DNA of 64,000 bases from Macrostomum lignano. Lineage: Eukaryota. The stretch spans positions 248,001 to 312,000 of the forward strand of contig NIVC01000001.1 in the NCBI GenBank assembly GCA_002269645.1, given 5' to 3'. Made by a program: the position numbers and the translations under genes. The notes beneath the pieces were generated by a model. The model saw only the letters and a list, made by a program, of their open reading frames with translations, had not been told where the DNA came from and ran no database searches. Positions 12,601 to 23,621 of the stretch are shown one piece after another (positions within the stretch are counted from its first letter, which is position 1; every line of letters starts with the position of its first letter).

Positions 12601-13310
12601 ATAATGACCCCCGAATTCTGAATAATGACCCCCGAACTCTGAATAATGACCCCCGAATTCTGAATAATGACCCCCGAAATCTAAATAATGACACATAAAT
12701 CTGAATAATGTCACCAAAATAATAAAAATTTCTGGACAGCTCAAATAGGGATTCAATACTCCAACCAACAAGAGTAATCAAAAGCACGGCAGAAAAATCA
12801 GTTCATGTAAACATGCATTCCATTCAGGCCCTGGGTCCCCGTGTCGGCGGCGCAGACGTCGGCGTCCTGAAGGACATGGTGGCCGCCGGCTTCCTAGGCC
12901 GCAAGAGCGGCAAAGGCTGCTACGTTTACTCCGGCGACAAGAAGAGCGGCGGCGACCGCAGCGAGAATGACGACGCCCTGGCCATCATGCAGAAGTACCG
13001 GGTGGCCCCGGCGGCGGAGAACACCATCGAGAGAATCCAGTGGCGCCTGTTCTCCCGGTTTGTTAACGAGTCCGTCCAGTGCCTGCAGGACGGCGTGCTG
13101 CACACCCCGCTAGAGGGCGACATCGGTGCCGTGTTCGGCCTGGGCTTCCCGCCGTTCCTGGGCGGCCCGTTCCGCTACCTGGACATCCGGGGCGCCGGCG
13201 ACATTGTGAAACGGATGGAAGAGTTTGCCGGTCTCTATGGCAACCAGTTCAAGCCGTGCGACCTGCTGGCCCAGCACTGCCGCGACCCGTCGCTCAAGTT
13301 TCACAAGTAG
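9124..13310 (+). CDS. HADHA: Mitochondrial trifunctional enzyme subunit alpha; 5 exons: 9124-9685, 10039-10475, 11136-11393, 11888-12469, 12828-13310
   Basis: Arg-rich, acid-free N-terminal presequence. Crotonase motifs [18 protein letters not shown] and [14 protein letters not shown]|TQRLPRL. NAD-binding [76 protein letters not shown]. All introns are GT-AG with matching phases (1,0,0,0). Confidence 0.97.
9705..10015. repeat. ~45-bp tandem repeat in HADHA intron 1
   Basis: gccgatatgtatcgaaaat...gctacatgcatta recurs with periods of 44-47 bp. Confidence 0.85.
10039..10475 (+). CDS. HADHA: HADHA exon 2
   Basis: ttccgcAG|GC; donor AAG|GTGAG. Confidence 0.92.
10487..11045. repeat. 35-bp minisatellite (gactgaatctgccgcctctccgccccttcctttcc)n in HADHA intron 2
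   Basis: Starts about 12 nt after the donor. Confidence 0.92.
11136..11393 (+). CDS. HADHA: HADHA exon 3
   Basis: ggcAG|TCA TTT GGC; donor CAG|GTATG. Confidence 0.92.
11888..12469 (+). CDS. HADHA: HADHA exon 4
   Basis: ttaaAG|GTG AAG; donor AAG|GTGGGT. Confidence 0.92.
12535..12720. repeat. ~21-bp degenerate repeat (ctgaataatgacccccgaa..) in HADHA intron 4
   Basis: About 8 degenerate units. Confidence 0.8.
12828..13310 (+). CDS. HADHA: HADHA exon 5
   Basis: cattcAG|GCC CTG; ends KFHK TAG. Confidence 0.92.
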   Translation, partial: ALGPRVGGADVGVLKDMVAAGFLGRKSGKGCYVYSGDKKSGGDRSENDDALAIMQKYRVAPAAENTIERIQWRLFSRFVNESVQCLQDGVLHTPLEGDIGAVFGLGFPPFLGGPFRYLDIRGAGDIVKRMEEFAGLYGNQFKPCDLLAQHCRDPSLKFHK

Positions 13311-13994
13311 GACCAGTGCCTGGTTTCTTAGAAATAGGCCTGACGCCTGAATTTAGGGCTTAAGAACTCTGTGAGCCGAATATCGAAGCAAGACTAACAG
13401 TGAAGTCTTGAAGTGATTTTCTACGTAAATATATCAATCCAAATTTGCTCTCTGTTGCGCAATCAAGACCGAATTGTTGGTTTAGCCTTATTACTATAAT
13501 TCGAATATTTTAATATCATTGATCTGAGTAATCCGATACACTTTGAGCTGTTGCCTTATAGTGTGCTGTAGCTTGAATTTAAATTCCACTCCGAGTGACC
13601 AACTGTCAGCTTCAACCTATTCGGCTTGGCTCAGTGTATTTCCATCTAGTATATTGTTGTAGCACTAGCGCTATGGACTCTAGTAGATCATTTATTAAAT
13701 GAGAATACCTTCTTTGTCTACCTGTTTGTTGACTATAGTTTCAATTTCTATCGTTTTACTTTCTGAGGGGCGGGGGGCACGAATTGTGGCAGTTTAAGCC
13801 TTAGCGACATGGCGTCAGAATATACGCGTAGCTCATTGACATTAATAATATATTGTTGAAATAGCCCTATTGCGCTTGAACGGTTATTAATGTCGCTCAA
13901 GTTTTTTAGGGTTTTCGCTTGTTGATGGTCAATTCAAAATAAATTTTGCGCTTTTATAACTTGAGTTTGGCTTATTTTAGTTTGCTTATTCCAT

Positions 13995-14806
13995 TCTGCA
14001 CTTTAGTGCTTCTGCACTTTAGTGCTTCTGCACTTTAGTGCTTCTGCACTTTAGTGCTTCTGCACTTTAGTGCTTCTGCACTTTAGTGCTTCTGCACTTT
14101 AGTGCTTCTGCACTTTAGTGCTTCTGCACTTTAGTGCTTCTGCACTTTAGTGCTTCTGCACTTTAGTGCTTCTGCACTTTAGTGCTTCTGCACTTTAGTG
14201 CTTCTGCACTTTAGTGCTTCTGCACTTTAGTGCTTCTGCACTTTAGTGCTTCTGCACTTTAGTGCTTCTGCACTTTAGTGCTTCTGCACTTTAGTGCTTC
14301 TGCACTTTAGTGCTTCTGCACTTTAGTGCTTCTGCACTTTAGTGCTTCTGCACTTTAGTGCTTCTGCACTTTAGTGCTTCTGCACTTTAGTGCTTCTGCA
14401 CTTTAGTGCTTCTGCACTTTAGTGCTTCTGCACTTTAGTGCTTCTGCACTTTAGTGCTTCTGCACTTTAGTGCTTCTGCACTTTAGTGCTTCTGCACTTT
14501 AGTGCTTCTGCACTTTAGTGCTTCTGCACTTTAGTGCTTCTGCACTTTAGTGCTTCTGCACTTTAGTGCTTCTGCACTTTAGTGCTTCTGCACTTTAGTG
14601 CTTCTGCACTTTAGTGCTTCTGCACTTTAGTGCTTCTGCACTTTAGTGCTTCTGCACTTTAGTGCTTCTGCACTTTAGTGCTTCTGCACTTTAGTGCTTC
14701 TGCACTTTAGTGCTTCTGCACTTTAGTGCTTCTGCACTTTAGTGCTTCTGCACTTTAGTGCTTCTGCACTTTAGTGCTTCTGCACTTTAGTGCTTCTGCA
14801 CTTTAG
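13995..14806. repeat. Homogeneous 16-bp satellite (tctgcactttagtgct)n
   Basis: About 50 essentially identical units; each has the hairpin GCACT-TT-AGTGC. Confidence 0.97.
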
Positions 14807-14808
14807 CA

Positions 14809-16182
14809 CTTTGAAGTAGCACTAACAGAAGCACTAAAGTGCAGAAGCACATCGGCATATCTGGCCACGGCGGCAAATGCGGGCAAACTTGCAGTGGGGC
14901 GGCAGTGGCTCGCCAACTCCGGCGTGCCGTTCGACCAGAGTGAGTGGCGCCGTGCGTTTTCCCGTTGTGGGGAGACGTCGCGTGAACGCCTCGGCCTACC
15001 AAAAAGAATCCGGTCCCTGAAGCCGCGGCCGACGATGCAACGGTCAGGGCAGAAGCGTCGTCCAGCTGCCCCAGCTTCCAAGGCCAGCGGATCCGGTGCC
15101 AGTTCCGTCGCCGCCAACGCATACAACGAGTCTTCGACAGTGTGACCGCCTCGACTGTCCCGAAGCCGGAGAGAATGGTTTCCGACATGGCAGACTTTGA
15201 TCAAAGTACAGACGGCAATTCAGTCTCTTTCCCAGGGGACATGGTTCTATTGCTGGGTAAATGATGAACTAGACATCTTTCCGTTGTTGCCGTGAAGAAG
15301 GAACTGATGCCGTCATTGATTTAGGGAATGAATGTGCAGTTGCACTGTAGCAGCATTGAGCTTTTCGTCGGATTTATGTTGCGCCATAACATCTTTTTGT
15401 TGAGAAGAATTAGACCCTTGCTGTAACCGGTCGTTGTGCTTCGATCTTTCAGGAGTGTAACAAGAATTTAAGTCGTTGAAGACTAAAATCACAGACGAAG
15501 TTCGCAATGCCTTAATCTTTTTATCCACAGTGATATCTGAAGCAACAGTTACTGTCAACATGAAATCATGGGCTCATTAGTCATGAATTCGGTCCAGACT
15601 TTTGGATTGAAGAAAGTTGATTTGAAAGTTTAAGTTTGAAATTTCACGCCGGAATTGTTCAGTAGCAACTCTTAGCCATTTTTAACCGTAGTCGGCATAG
15701 TTCTATTCACTGGCTCACTTACTCAGTATGTACTGCGATTTGTACTGTAACATGTAACTGTACATGTACTGTAATTCCGTCCGGTCGTTGACCGGCTGTC
15801 AGGTCAATCCATTTGGTCCGGTTTTCATCCGGATTTCCGACCGATATTCATCCGGTAGTCATGTCCGTCTATTTGATCCGGTTTTCGTCTGGATCCTTGT
15901 CCGCTAGCTAGTCCGGTCCAACCGGATGAAGCAGCGGCTCACTTTCCAGATGAACCCGGATGAATCGGCCGGATGAAAATTGTTTTCGTCCGCTTATCGT
16001 CCGTTTTGTAAACTTTTTCTCTACTTTCGTCCAGTTTTTAGATGGGAAAAGGTACACTACGAACCGGATCAAAAACCGGACTTGACACCTGGCAAATCAC
16101 CGGACCAGAAAGCCAGGCGGGTTTAGTGCTTCTGCACTTTAGTGCTTCTGCGCTTTAGTGCTTCTGCACTTAAACTTCAAAG
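14809..16182. mobile_element. Putative non-autonomous element with imperfect terminal inverted repeats built from the 16-mer
   Basis: Left end ctttgaagt...gaagcactaaagtgcagaagcac (14809-14850) is the reverse complement of right end gtgcttctgcactttagtgcttctg...acttcaaag (16126-16182). No clear TSD and no recognisable transposase. Confidence 0.4.
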
Positions 16183-17004
16183 CAGGCTTCACATATAGAT
16201 TTCGGGCTGGAATTGTTATTATGCATACTATTTTCGATTCGAAGATACGGGTGGCTATTGCGAAAAAAAAATTTTCTCGCAAGCAAAATTTTTCGATTTT
16301 AGGCAAATTACAATTGCTTTCTCACGATGGATTGCCTTCAACTTTTAGCTTAGTTTGAAGATTAGTTTGAAGGTAGTGTGCCGCTATTTTTCGCATATCT
16401 CTGATATCTCTGAGTCTAGTCCGTGGGGAGGATCAGCCGGAGCGCAGATCAATAGAGGGTATTAAGAGTCTAAGCTTTGCTTTAACTTTTGCATCAAATG
16501 CGTTTCTCGTGTTTTTTTTTCGACTCGACGAGATCGTTTGGAATTTCAGTGTACACCAGTGCTAAGTAGGGTGGAATGCAGCTGCTTGAATACATGTAGG
16601 GCAGATTACTTTTAACTAACTGGAGTAGCAAAAACAAAATGCAGCACGCGAAGATATTTGGACTCTGCGATCAAATATCAGCTGAGCGAGTCTGACTCAG
16701 TTCTCTGACAGCGTAGGTCGTAAATCATGAACGCTTGTAGTCGTTTTGAATCAGATTGTGGGATTTGGTTTGTGGCCCCGCAGATGTTGTCGTAATTCCA
16801 TAGCCTTGAACTGCTTTTCGTGCGAGCTTCGGATCCGGTAACTGCGTTCATGGAATCGAAACGTACGTTCCGTTAAAGAGACTGCACATTACATCAGAGA
16901 CCTCAGAACCGAAATTTTCTCAATCCCGAACCCATCGATAATACATGCATCTTTCGAGCTTCTAGAATTTCTACTACTCTTGTCTGAGAGTCCCACTGAC
17001 TGCT

Positions 17005-17830
17005 CACTGACTGCTACCTCAGTCCCTGTGTCCGAGAGTCCCAGATTACTCACTGACTGCTACCTCAGTCCCTGTGTCCGAGAGTCCCAGATTGCTCACT
17101 GACTGCTACTTCAGTCCCAGTGTCCGATAGTCCCAGATTGCTCACTGATTGCTACCTCAGTCCCAGTGTCCGAGAGTCCCAGATTGCTCACTTACTGCTA
17201 CCTCAGTCCCCTAGTGTCCGAGAGTCCCGGATTGCTCACTGATTGCTACCTCAGTCCCAGTGTCCGAGAGTCCCAGATTGCTCACTTACTGCTACCTCAG
17301 TCCCAGTGTCCGAGATTCACAGATTGCTCACTTACTGCTACCTCAGTCCCAGTGTCCGAGATTCACAGATTGCTCACTTACTGCTACCTCAGTCCCAGTG
17401 TCCGAGATTCACAGATTGCTCACTGATTGCTACCTCAGTCCCAGTGTCCGAGAGTCCCAGATTGCTCACTTACTGCTACCTCAGTCCCCTAGTGTCCGAG
17501 AGTCCCGGATTGCTCACTGATTGCTACCTCAGTCCCAGTGTCCGAGAGTCCCAGATTGCTCACTTACTGCTACCTCAGTCCCAGTGTCCGAGAGTCCCAG
17601 ATTGCTCACTTACTGCTACCTCAGTCCCAGTGTCCGAGATTCACAGATTGCTCACTTACTGCTACCTCAGTCCCAGTGTCCGAGATTCACAGATTGCTCA
17701 CTGATTGCTACCTCAGTCCCAGTGTCCGAGAGTCCCAGATTGCACACTGATTGTTACTTCAGTCCCAGTGTCTGGGGGTCCCGGATTACTCACTGACTGC
17801 TACCTCAGTACCAGTGTCTGAGAGTCCCTA
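17005..17830. repeat. 46-bp minisatellite (ctgctacctcagtcccagtgtccgagagtcccagattgctcactta)n
   Basis: Period of 46 measured directly. Confidence 0.92.
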
Positions 17831-18364
17831 GCGGTAAAATAGCCATGCAGCTGTACACGTGCCGCCCTGTGGTACGGCCCCATATGCCAGTTGCGCTCAC
17901 TGCACACAAATTTTAAACCAATTTGAAACCATATTTTATGTACAGACTCGCTGCCGCACTGACTGCTCAGCCCTCTGTTTTTATCTGATTAGAAAACTAC
18001 TGCAGAAGATAAGAGTGAAGACAGCTTGATAGGTCAGCAGAGCAGCCGAGTCCATAGGTCTAATTGGGCTGAACCTGACGACAGACTTTCTCTTGCGGTT
18101 TTCCTGTGGCTCCCATGCAATCAGTTTGCTCTGCTGCTGAGCTGCCCCGATCGGCAACAGCCCAGCATCCCATTGGACTGCAGACAGACTATTTACAATT
18201 GCACGGACCCCGCTTCATCATGTGAGAACTGTCTGCTGCTTTTGGAACTGCTAAAGGGTAAGTCTGATTTGGTTTTGGTTAAAGCTTATTATATTACTAA
18301 TTTTAATTCTCTCAAGCTTCATTTCTTAATCACATCTCCAAATCCTTCATCCTCTCTTCTCCAT

Positions 18365-19290
18365 CTCTTCTCTTCTCTCCCTCTTGTCTTCTCTCCCTCC
18401 CGTCTTCTCTCCCTCCCGTCTTCTCTCCCTCCCGTCTTCTCTCCCTCCCGTCTTCTCTCCCTCTTGTCTTCTCTCCCTCTTGTCTTCTCTCCCTCCCCTC
18501 TTCTCTCCCTCCCGTCTTCTCTCCCTCTTGTCTTCTGTCCCTCTTGTCTTCTCTCCCTCCCGTCTTCTCTCCCTCTTGTCTTCTCTCCCTCTTGTCTTCT
18601 CTCCCTCCCCTCTTCTCTCCCTCCCCTCTTCTCTCCCTCTTGTCTTCTCTCCCTCTTGTCTTCTCTCCCTCCCCTCTTCTCTCCCTCCCCTCTTCTCTCA
18701 CTCCAGTCTTCTCTCCCTCTTGTCTTCTCTCCCTCTTGTCTTCTCTCCCTCTTGTCTTCTCTCCCTCTTGTCTTCTCTCCCTCTTGTCTTCTCTCCCTCT
18801 TGTCTTCTCTCCCTCTTGTCTTCCCTCCCTCTTGTCTTCTCTCCCTCCCCTCTTCTCTCCCTCCCGTCTTCTCTCCCTCTTGTCTTCTCTCCCTCTTGTC
18901 TTCTCTCCCTCTTGTCTTCTCTCCCTCTTGTCTTCTCTCCCTCTTGTCTTCTCTCCCTCTTGTCTTCTCTCCCTCTTGTCTTCTCTCCCTCCCTCTTCTC
19001 TCCCTCTTGTCTTCTCTCCCTCCCGTCTTCTCTCCCTCCCCTCTTCTCTCCCTCCCCTCTTCTCTCCCTCCCGTCTTCTCTCCCTCTTGTCTTCTCTCCC
19101 TCCCCTCTTCTCTCCCTCTTGTCTTCTCTCCCTCTTGTCTTCTCTCCCTCTTGTCTTCTCTCCCTCTTGTCTTCTCTCCCTCCCCTCTTCTCTCCCTCCC
19201 CTCTTCTCTCCCTCCCGTCTTCTCTCCCTCTTGTCTTCTCTCCCTCTTGTCTTCTCTCCCTCTTGTCTTCTCTCCCTCCAGTTTTCTCCA
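18365..19290. repeat. 16-bp pyrimidine repeat (ccctcttgtcttctct)n
   Basis: Direct tandem repeats with variants. Confidence 0.92.
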
Positions 19291-19865
19291 TTTCCCCTTT
19301 TGTTAATCTCCCTCTTCTCATTTTCTCTAATCTCTCCCTTTCTCTGTCTCTTCTCAACCCAAGCATTGCCCCATCAAGCATTTCTTACAGCTAGTTTGAT
19401 TCCATACAGTATTTCTGCCAATTATTTTCCCAACATTTTCTTCAACTTCCCAAATGCTGACTGGTAACTGTGTCACCTTTTTACATGTATCACGTTTTGA
19501 TTGTTTGCCCATATACTGACATTCAGTGAGGCTGACAGCATGGGATGATGTATTCAAATATTCAATCACACAGTCAGAGCCGATCGTAACCTTCGCATCA
19601 TTAATTTTTTTAGAATAAACTGAAATTCCACACTAGCTCGCACCAAACAATTAGCGAGAATCCTAGCTTAGATCTTCTGCTTTTTGTTAGCAAGCAAACT
19701 TACCGTCCCGAAGGCGGCCTGTTTGCTTAAAGGAAACTCAGCAAGTGCTGAAGGAGTGCTCTCGTTAACTGGCTGGCAAAATACCAGCAACAGTGAGCGC
19801 CACGATGCTTATTCTGTCCGGTCTCATGCGGTCTGACAGAATGCTCAGGTTTATGACTGCCAGCG

Positions 19866-22056
19866 GAGACAGACTGAAAGAGACTGAAATACTGAGAGAG
19901 ACTGAGAGAGACTGAGAGACTGAGAGACTGAGAGAGACTGAGAGACTGAGAGAGACTGAGAGAGACTGAGAGACTGAGAGAGACTGAAAGAGACTGAAAT
20001 ACTGAGAGAGACTGAGAGAGACTGAGAGACTGAGAGACTGAGAGAGACTGAGAGACTGAGAGAGACTGAGAGAGACTGAGAGAGACTGAGAGAGACTGAG
20101 AGAGACTGAGAGAGACTGAGAGACTGAGAGAGATTTATAGAGACTGAGAGAGACTGAGAGACTGAGAGAGATTTATAGAGACTGAGAGATACTGAGAGAC
20201 TGAGAGAGATTTATAGAGACTGAGAGAGTCTGAGAGAGACTGAGAGAGACTGAGAGAGACTGAGAGACTGAGAGACTGAGAGAGACTGAGAGACTGAGAG
20301 AGACTGATAGAGACTGAGAGAGACTGAGAGAGACTGAGTGAGACTGAGAGAGACTGAGAGAGACTGAGAGAGACTGAGAGACTGAGAGACTGAGAGAGAC
20401 TGAGAGACTGAGAGAGACTGAGAGAGACTGAGAGAGACTGAGAGAGACTGAGAGAGACTGAGAGACTGAGAGAGATTTATAGAGACTGAGAGAGACTGAG
20501 AGACTGAGAGAGATTTATAGAGACTGAGAGAGACTGAGAGACTGAGAGAGATTTATAGAGACTGAGAGAGTCTGAGAGACTGAGAGACTGAGAGAGACTG
20601 AGAGAGACTGAGAGAGACTGAGAGAGACTGAGAGAGACTGAGAGACTGAGAGACTGAGAGAGACTGAGATAGACTGAGAGACTGAGAGAGACTGAGAGAC
20701 TGAGAGAGACTGAGAGACTGAGAGACTGAGAGACTGAGAGAGACTGAGAGACTGAGAGAGACTGAGAGAGATTTATAGAGACTGAGAGAGACTGAGAGAC
20801 TGAGAGAGATTTATAGAGACTGAGAGAGTCTGAGAGACTGAGAGACTGAGAGAGACTGAGAGAGACTGAGAGAGACTGAGAGAGACTGAGAGAGACTGAG
20901 AGACTGAGAGACTGAGAGAGACTGAGAGAGACTGAGAGACTGAGAGAGACTGAGAGACTGAGAGAGACTGAGAGAGACTGAGAGAGACTGAGAGACTGAG
21001 AGAGACTGAGAGACTGAGAGAGACTGAGAGACTGAGAGAGACTGATAGAGATTTAGAGAGACTGAGAGAGACTGAGAGAGACTGAGAGAGACTGAGAGAC
21101 TGAGAGAGACTGAAAGACTGAGAGAGACTGAGAGAGACTGAGAGACTGAGAGAGACTGAGAGAGACTGAGAGAGACTGAGAGAGACTGAGAGACTGAGAG
21201 AGACTGAGAGACTGAGAGAGACTGAGAGAGACTGAGAGACTGAGAGAGACTGAGAGACTGAGAGAGACTGAGAGACTGAGAGACTGAGAGAGACTGAGAG
21301 AGACTGAGAGAGACTGATAGAGATTTAGAGAGACTGAGAGACTGAGAGACTGAGAGAGACTGAGAGAGACTGAGAGACTGAGAGAGACTGAGAGACTGAG
21401 AGAGACTGATAGAGATTTAGAGAGACTGAGAGAGACTGAGAGAGACTGAGAGAGACTGAGAGACTGAGAGAGACTGAAAGACTGAGAGAGACTGAGAGAG
21501 ACTGAGAGACTGAGAGAGACTGAGAGAGACTGAGAGAGACTGAGAGAGACTGAGAGACTGAGAGAGACTGAGAGACTGAGAGAGACTGAGAGAGACTGAG
21601 AGACTGAGAGAGACTGAGAGACTGAGAGAGACAGAGAGACTGAGAGAGACTGAGAGAGACTGAGAGACTGAGAGAGACTGAGAGACTGAGAGAGACTGAG
21701 AGACTGAGAGAGATTTAAAGAGACTGAGAGAGTCTGAGAGACTGAGAGAGACTGAGATAGACTGAGAGACTGAGATAGACTGAGAGACTGAGATAGACTG
21801 AGAGACTGAGAGAGACTGAGAGACTGAGAGAGACTGAGAGAGACTGAGAGAGACTGAGAGAGACTGAGAGAAAGACTGAGAGAGACTGAGAGAGATTGAG
21901 AGAAACTGAGAGAGACTGAGAGAGACTGAGAGAGACTGAGAGAGACTGAGAGAGACTGAGAGAGACTGAGAGAGACTGAGAGAGACTGAGAGACTGAGAG
22001 AGACTGAGAGAGACTGAGAGAGACTGAGAGACTGAGAGAGACTGAGAGAGACTGAG
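19866..22056. repeat. GAGACTGA(GA) 8/10-bp compound microsatellite
   Basis: About 2.2 kb purine-rich tract. Confidence 0.95.
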
Positions 22057-22377
22057 CGGTGGAGAAAGGCTAGAAAGATAGATGTGGGGAGTGAGATAAA
22101 CAATAAGAAGAAGAGAGTTAAGGAGATGGAGAGGAACATTATGAAAGGGAGATACGAGTAAGAGTGCGAAAGAACCCCAGGTTGGGAATTAGAGAATGTG
22201 TGCATTCGATTCAACGTACACACTACACCGCGAGCCATTTTGTGTTGAAACTGCAAAAACAGAACAGAATTTTTTGCCACTCCGATCTCTCAGAGGGTAG
22301 CAGGGATGCATATTCAACCTACGATGGCTTTGAAAATTGTAGGTTTCTGATTTCCTTAAGCCGAATCGCTGGGCCAG

Positions 22378-23442
22378 ATGGACCCCAGCAGCGCCACGAT
22401 CTCCGCCGCAGCCTCCACACCTCCGGCCTTCCGCTGCCCGCACTACGAGGAGGACTACGAGCCCCGGCTGGCTACAGGCGTGCACTTCTTCATCATCTAC
22501 TCAGTCGTCTGCCTCATCGCCCTCGTTGGCAACTCGGCTATTGTCAGCGCCATCCTAGGCGGTCACGTGACAATCAACAGGCGCACCTTCCGCTACCTGA
22601 CGCTGCTGCTGTGCTGCTACGAGCTGATCGCCGCCGTCCTGCTGTTCTCGCTGCTGTTCGTGCTGGGCGTCGGCTACCACAACCGCGTCAACAACGGCAC
22701 GCTGGTGTCGCCCAGCCTGGCCTCAGAGGATGAGAACATCTACCTGAGCCGGTCCTACTCGGCTACCAAGCTGCTCATCAGCCTGCGAGACGTGTGCATC
22801 GGCAACGAGGTCAGCGCCTACAGCTTGCTGGCGCTGGACCGCCTGCTGGCCATCGCAGCCCCCGTCAGCAAGCGCTGGTCGGTCCGGCTGCTGCACTGCG
22901 TCACCGCTGCCAGCCTCCTGGTGACCGCGGCAGCCGAGTTCAGCCTGCACATCTGGCTGTTCGTCAGCTTGGCCTCGCCCGGCATGACCGACCAGCAGGC
23001 CTGCGCCATGCTGAGCGTCCACCGCCGAGTCAACACCCTGACGAAGGCCGTTCTGGCCGCTCTCTACTACGCCCTGTCGCTCGGCTGCTACACCGGCACC
23101 GGCCTGTTGATGGTCAAGCGCGGCCGGTCGCGCACCGTCAGCTCCTACAGCAGCGCATCGGCCTACGCGGACGCCAGCCGGCGCCAGGCGACGATGGACC
23201 AGATGGCCAAGCCGCTGCTGTCCCTGGTGGTTGGCAACGCCGTCCAGTTCATCTGCCTGCTGCCTGTCCTGCTGGACAACTTCGGCTTCGCTCACCTGGA
23301 GATCACTGTGTACTATTTGTTCTTCCTGAACTGCGCAGCGGTGCCCTGCATCACCCTGGCATTTAATAAGAGCATCCGCGATGCTGTGTTTTCTAAGAAA
23401 TTCTGGTGCCGATGCGGCCGGCGCGGCTGCTGCGACAGGTAG
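22378..23442 (+). CDS. Intronless divergent rhodopsin-like (class A) 7TM receptor, 354 aa, orphan
   Basis: Seven hydrophobic segments. TM1 GN, TM3 LALDRLLAIAAP (DRY-like), TM6 FICLLP, TM7/helix 8 NCAAVPCITLAFNKSIRDA, Cys-rich C-tail. GC3-rich codon usage like the neighbouring exons. Confidence 0.8.
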   Translation: MDPSSATISAAASTPPAFRCPHYEEDYEPRLATGVHFFIIYSVVCLIALVGNSAIVSAILGGHVTINRRTFRYLTLLLCCYELIAAVLLFSLLFVLGVGYHNRVNNGTLVSPSLASEDENIYLSRSYSATKLLISLRDVCIGNEVSAYSLLALDRLLAIAAPVSKRWSVRLLHCVTAASLLVTAAAEFSLHIWLFVSLASPGMTDQQACAMLSVHRRVNTLTKAVLAALYYALSLGCYTGTGLLMVKRGRSRTVSSYSSASAYADASRRQATMDQMAKPLLSLVVGNAVQFICLLPVLLDNFGFAHLEITVYYLFFLNCAAVPCITLAFNKSIRDAVFSKKFWCRCGRRGCCDR

Positions 23443-23621
23443 CGGAGTTTCTTAGTAAATGCTTGCGTACTTTCTCTCTATTGACTCAACTGAAATCTAT
23501 GCAAACAACTTTGAGCCATTCATAAGTAACTCTGTAAGTGTCTCTCCTTTCAAGTGTTTTTTTTCGATCTTTTTGTTTAAGTCCCTTTCAAACTTTTTCT
23601 ACCCATCTGTTTACTAAAGTC

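Noticed and set aside
1-13310. Bacterial acs-fadB/fadJ operon or horizontal transfer
   Set aside because: Both genes have GT-AG introns, and HADHA has a mitochondrial presequence. Motifs match the animal enzymes.
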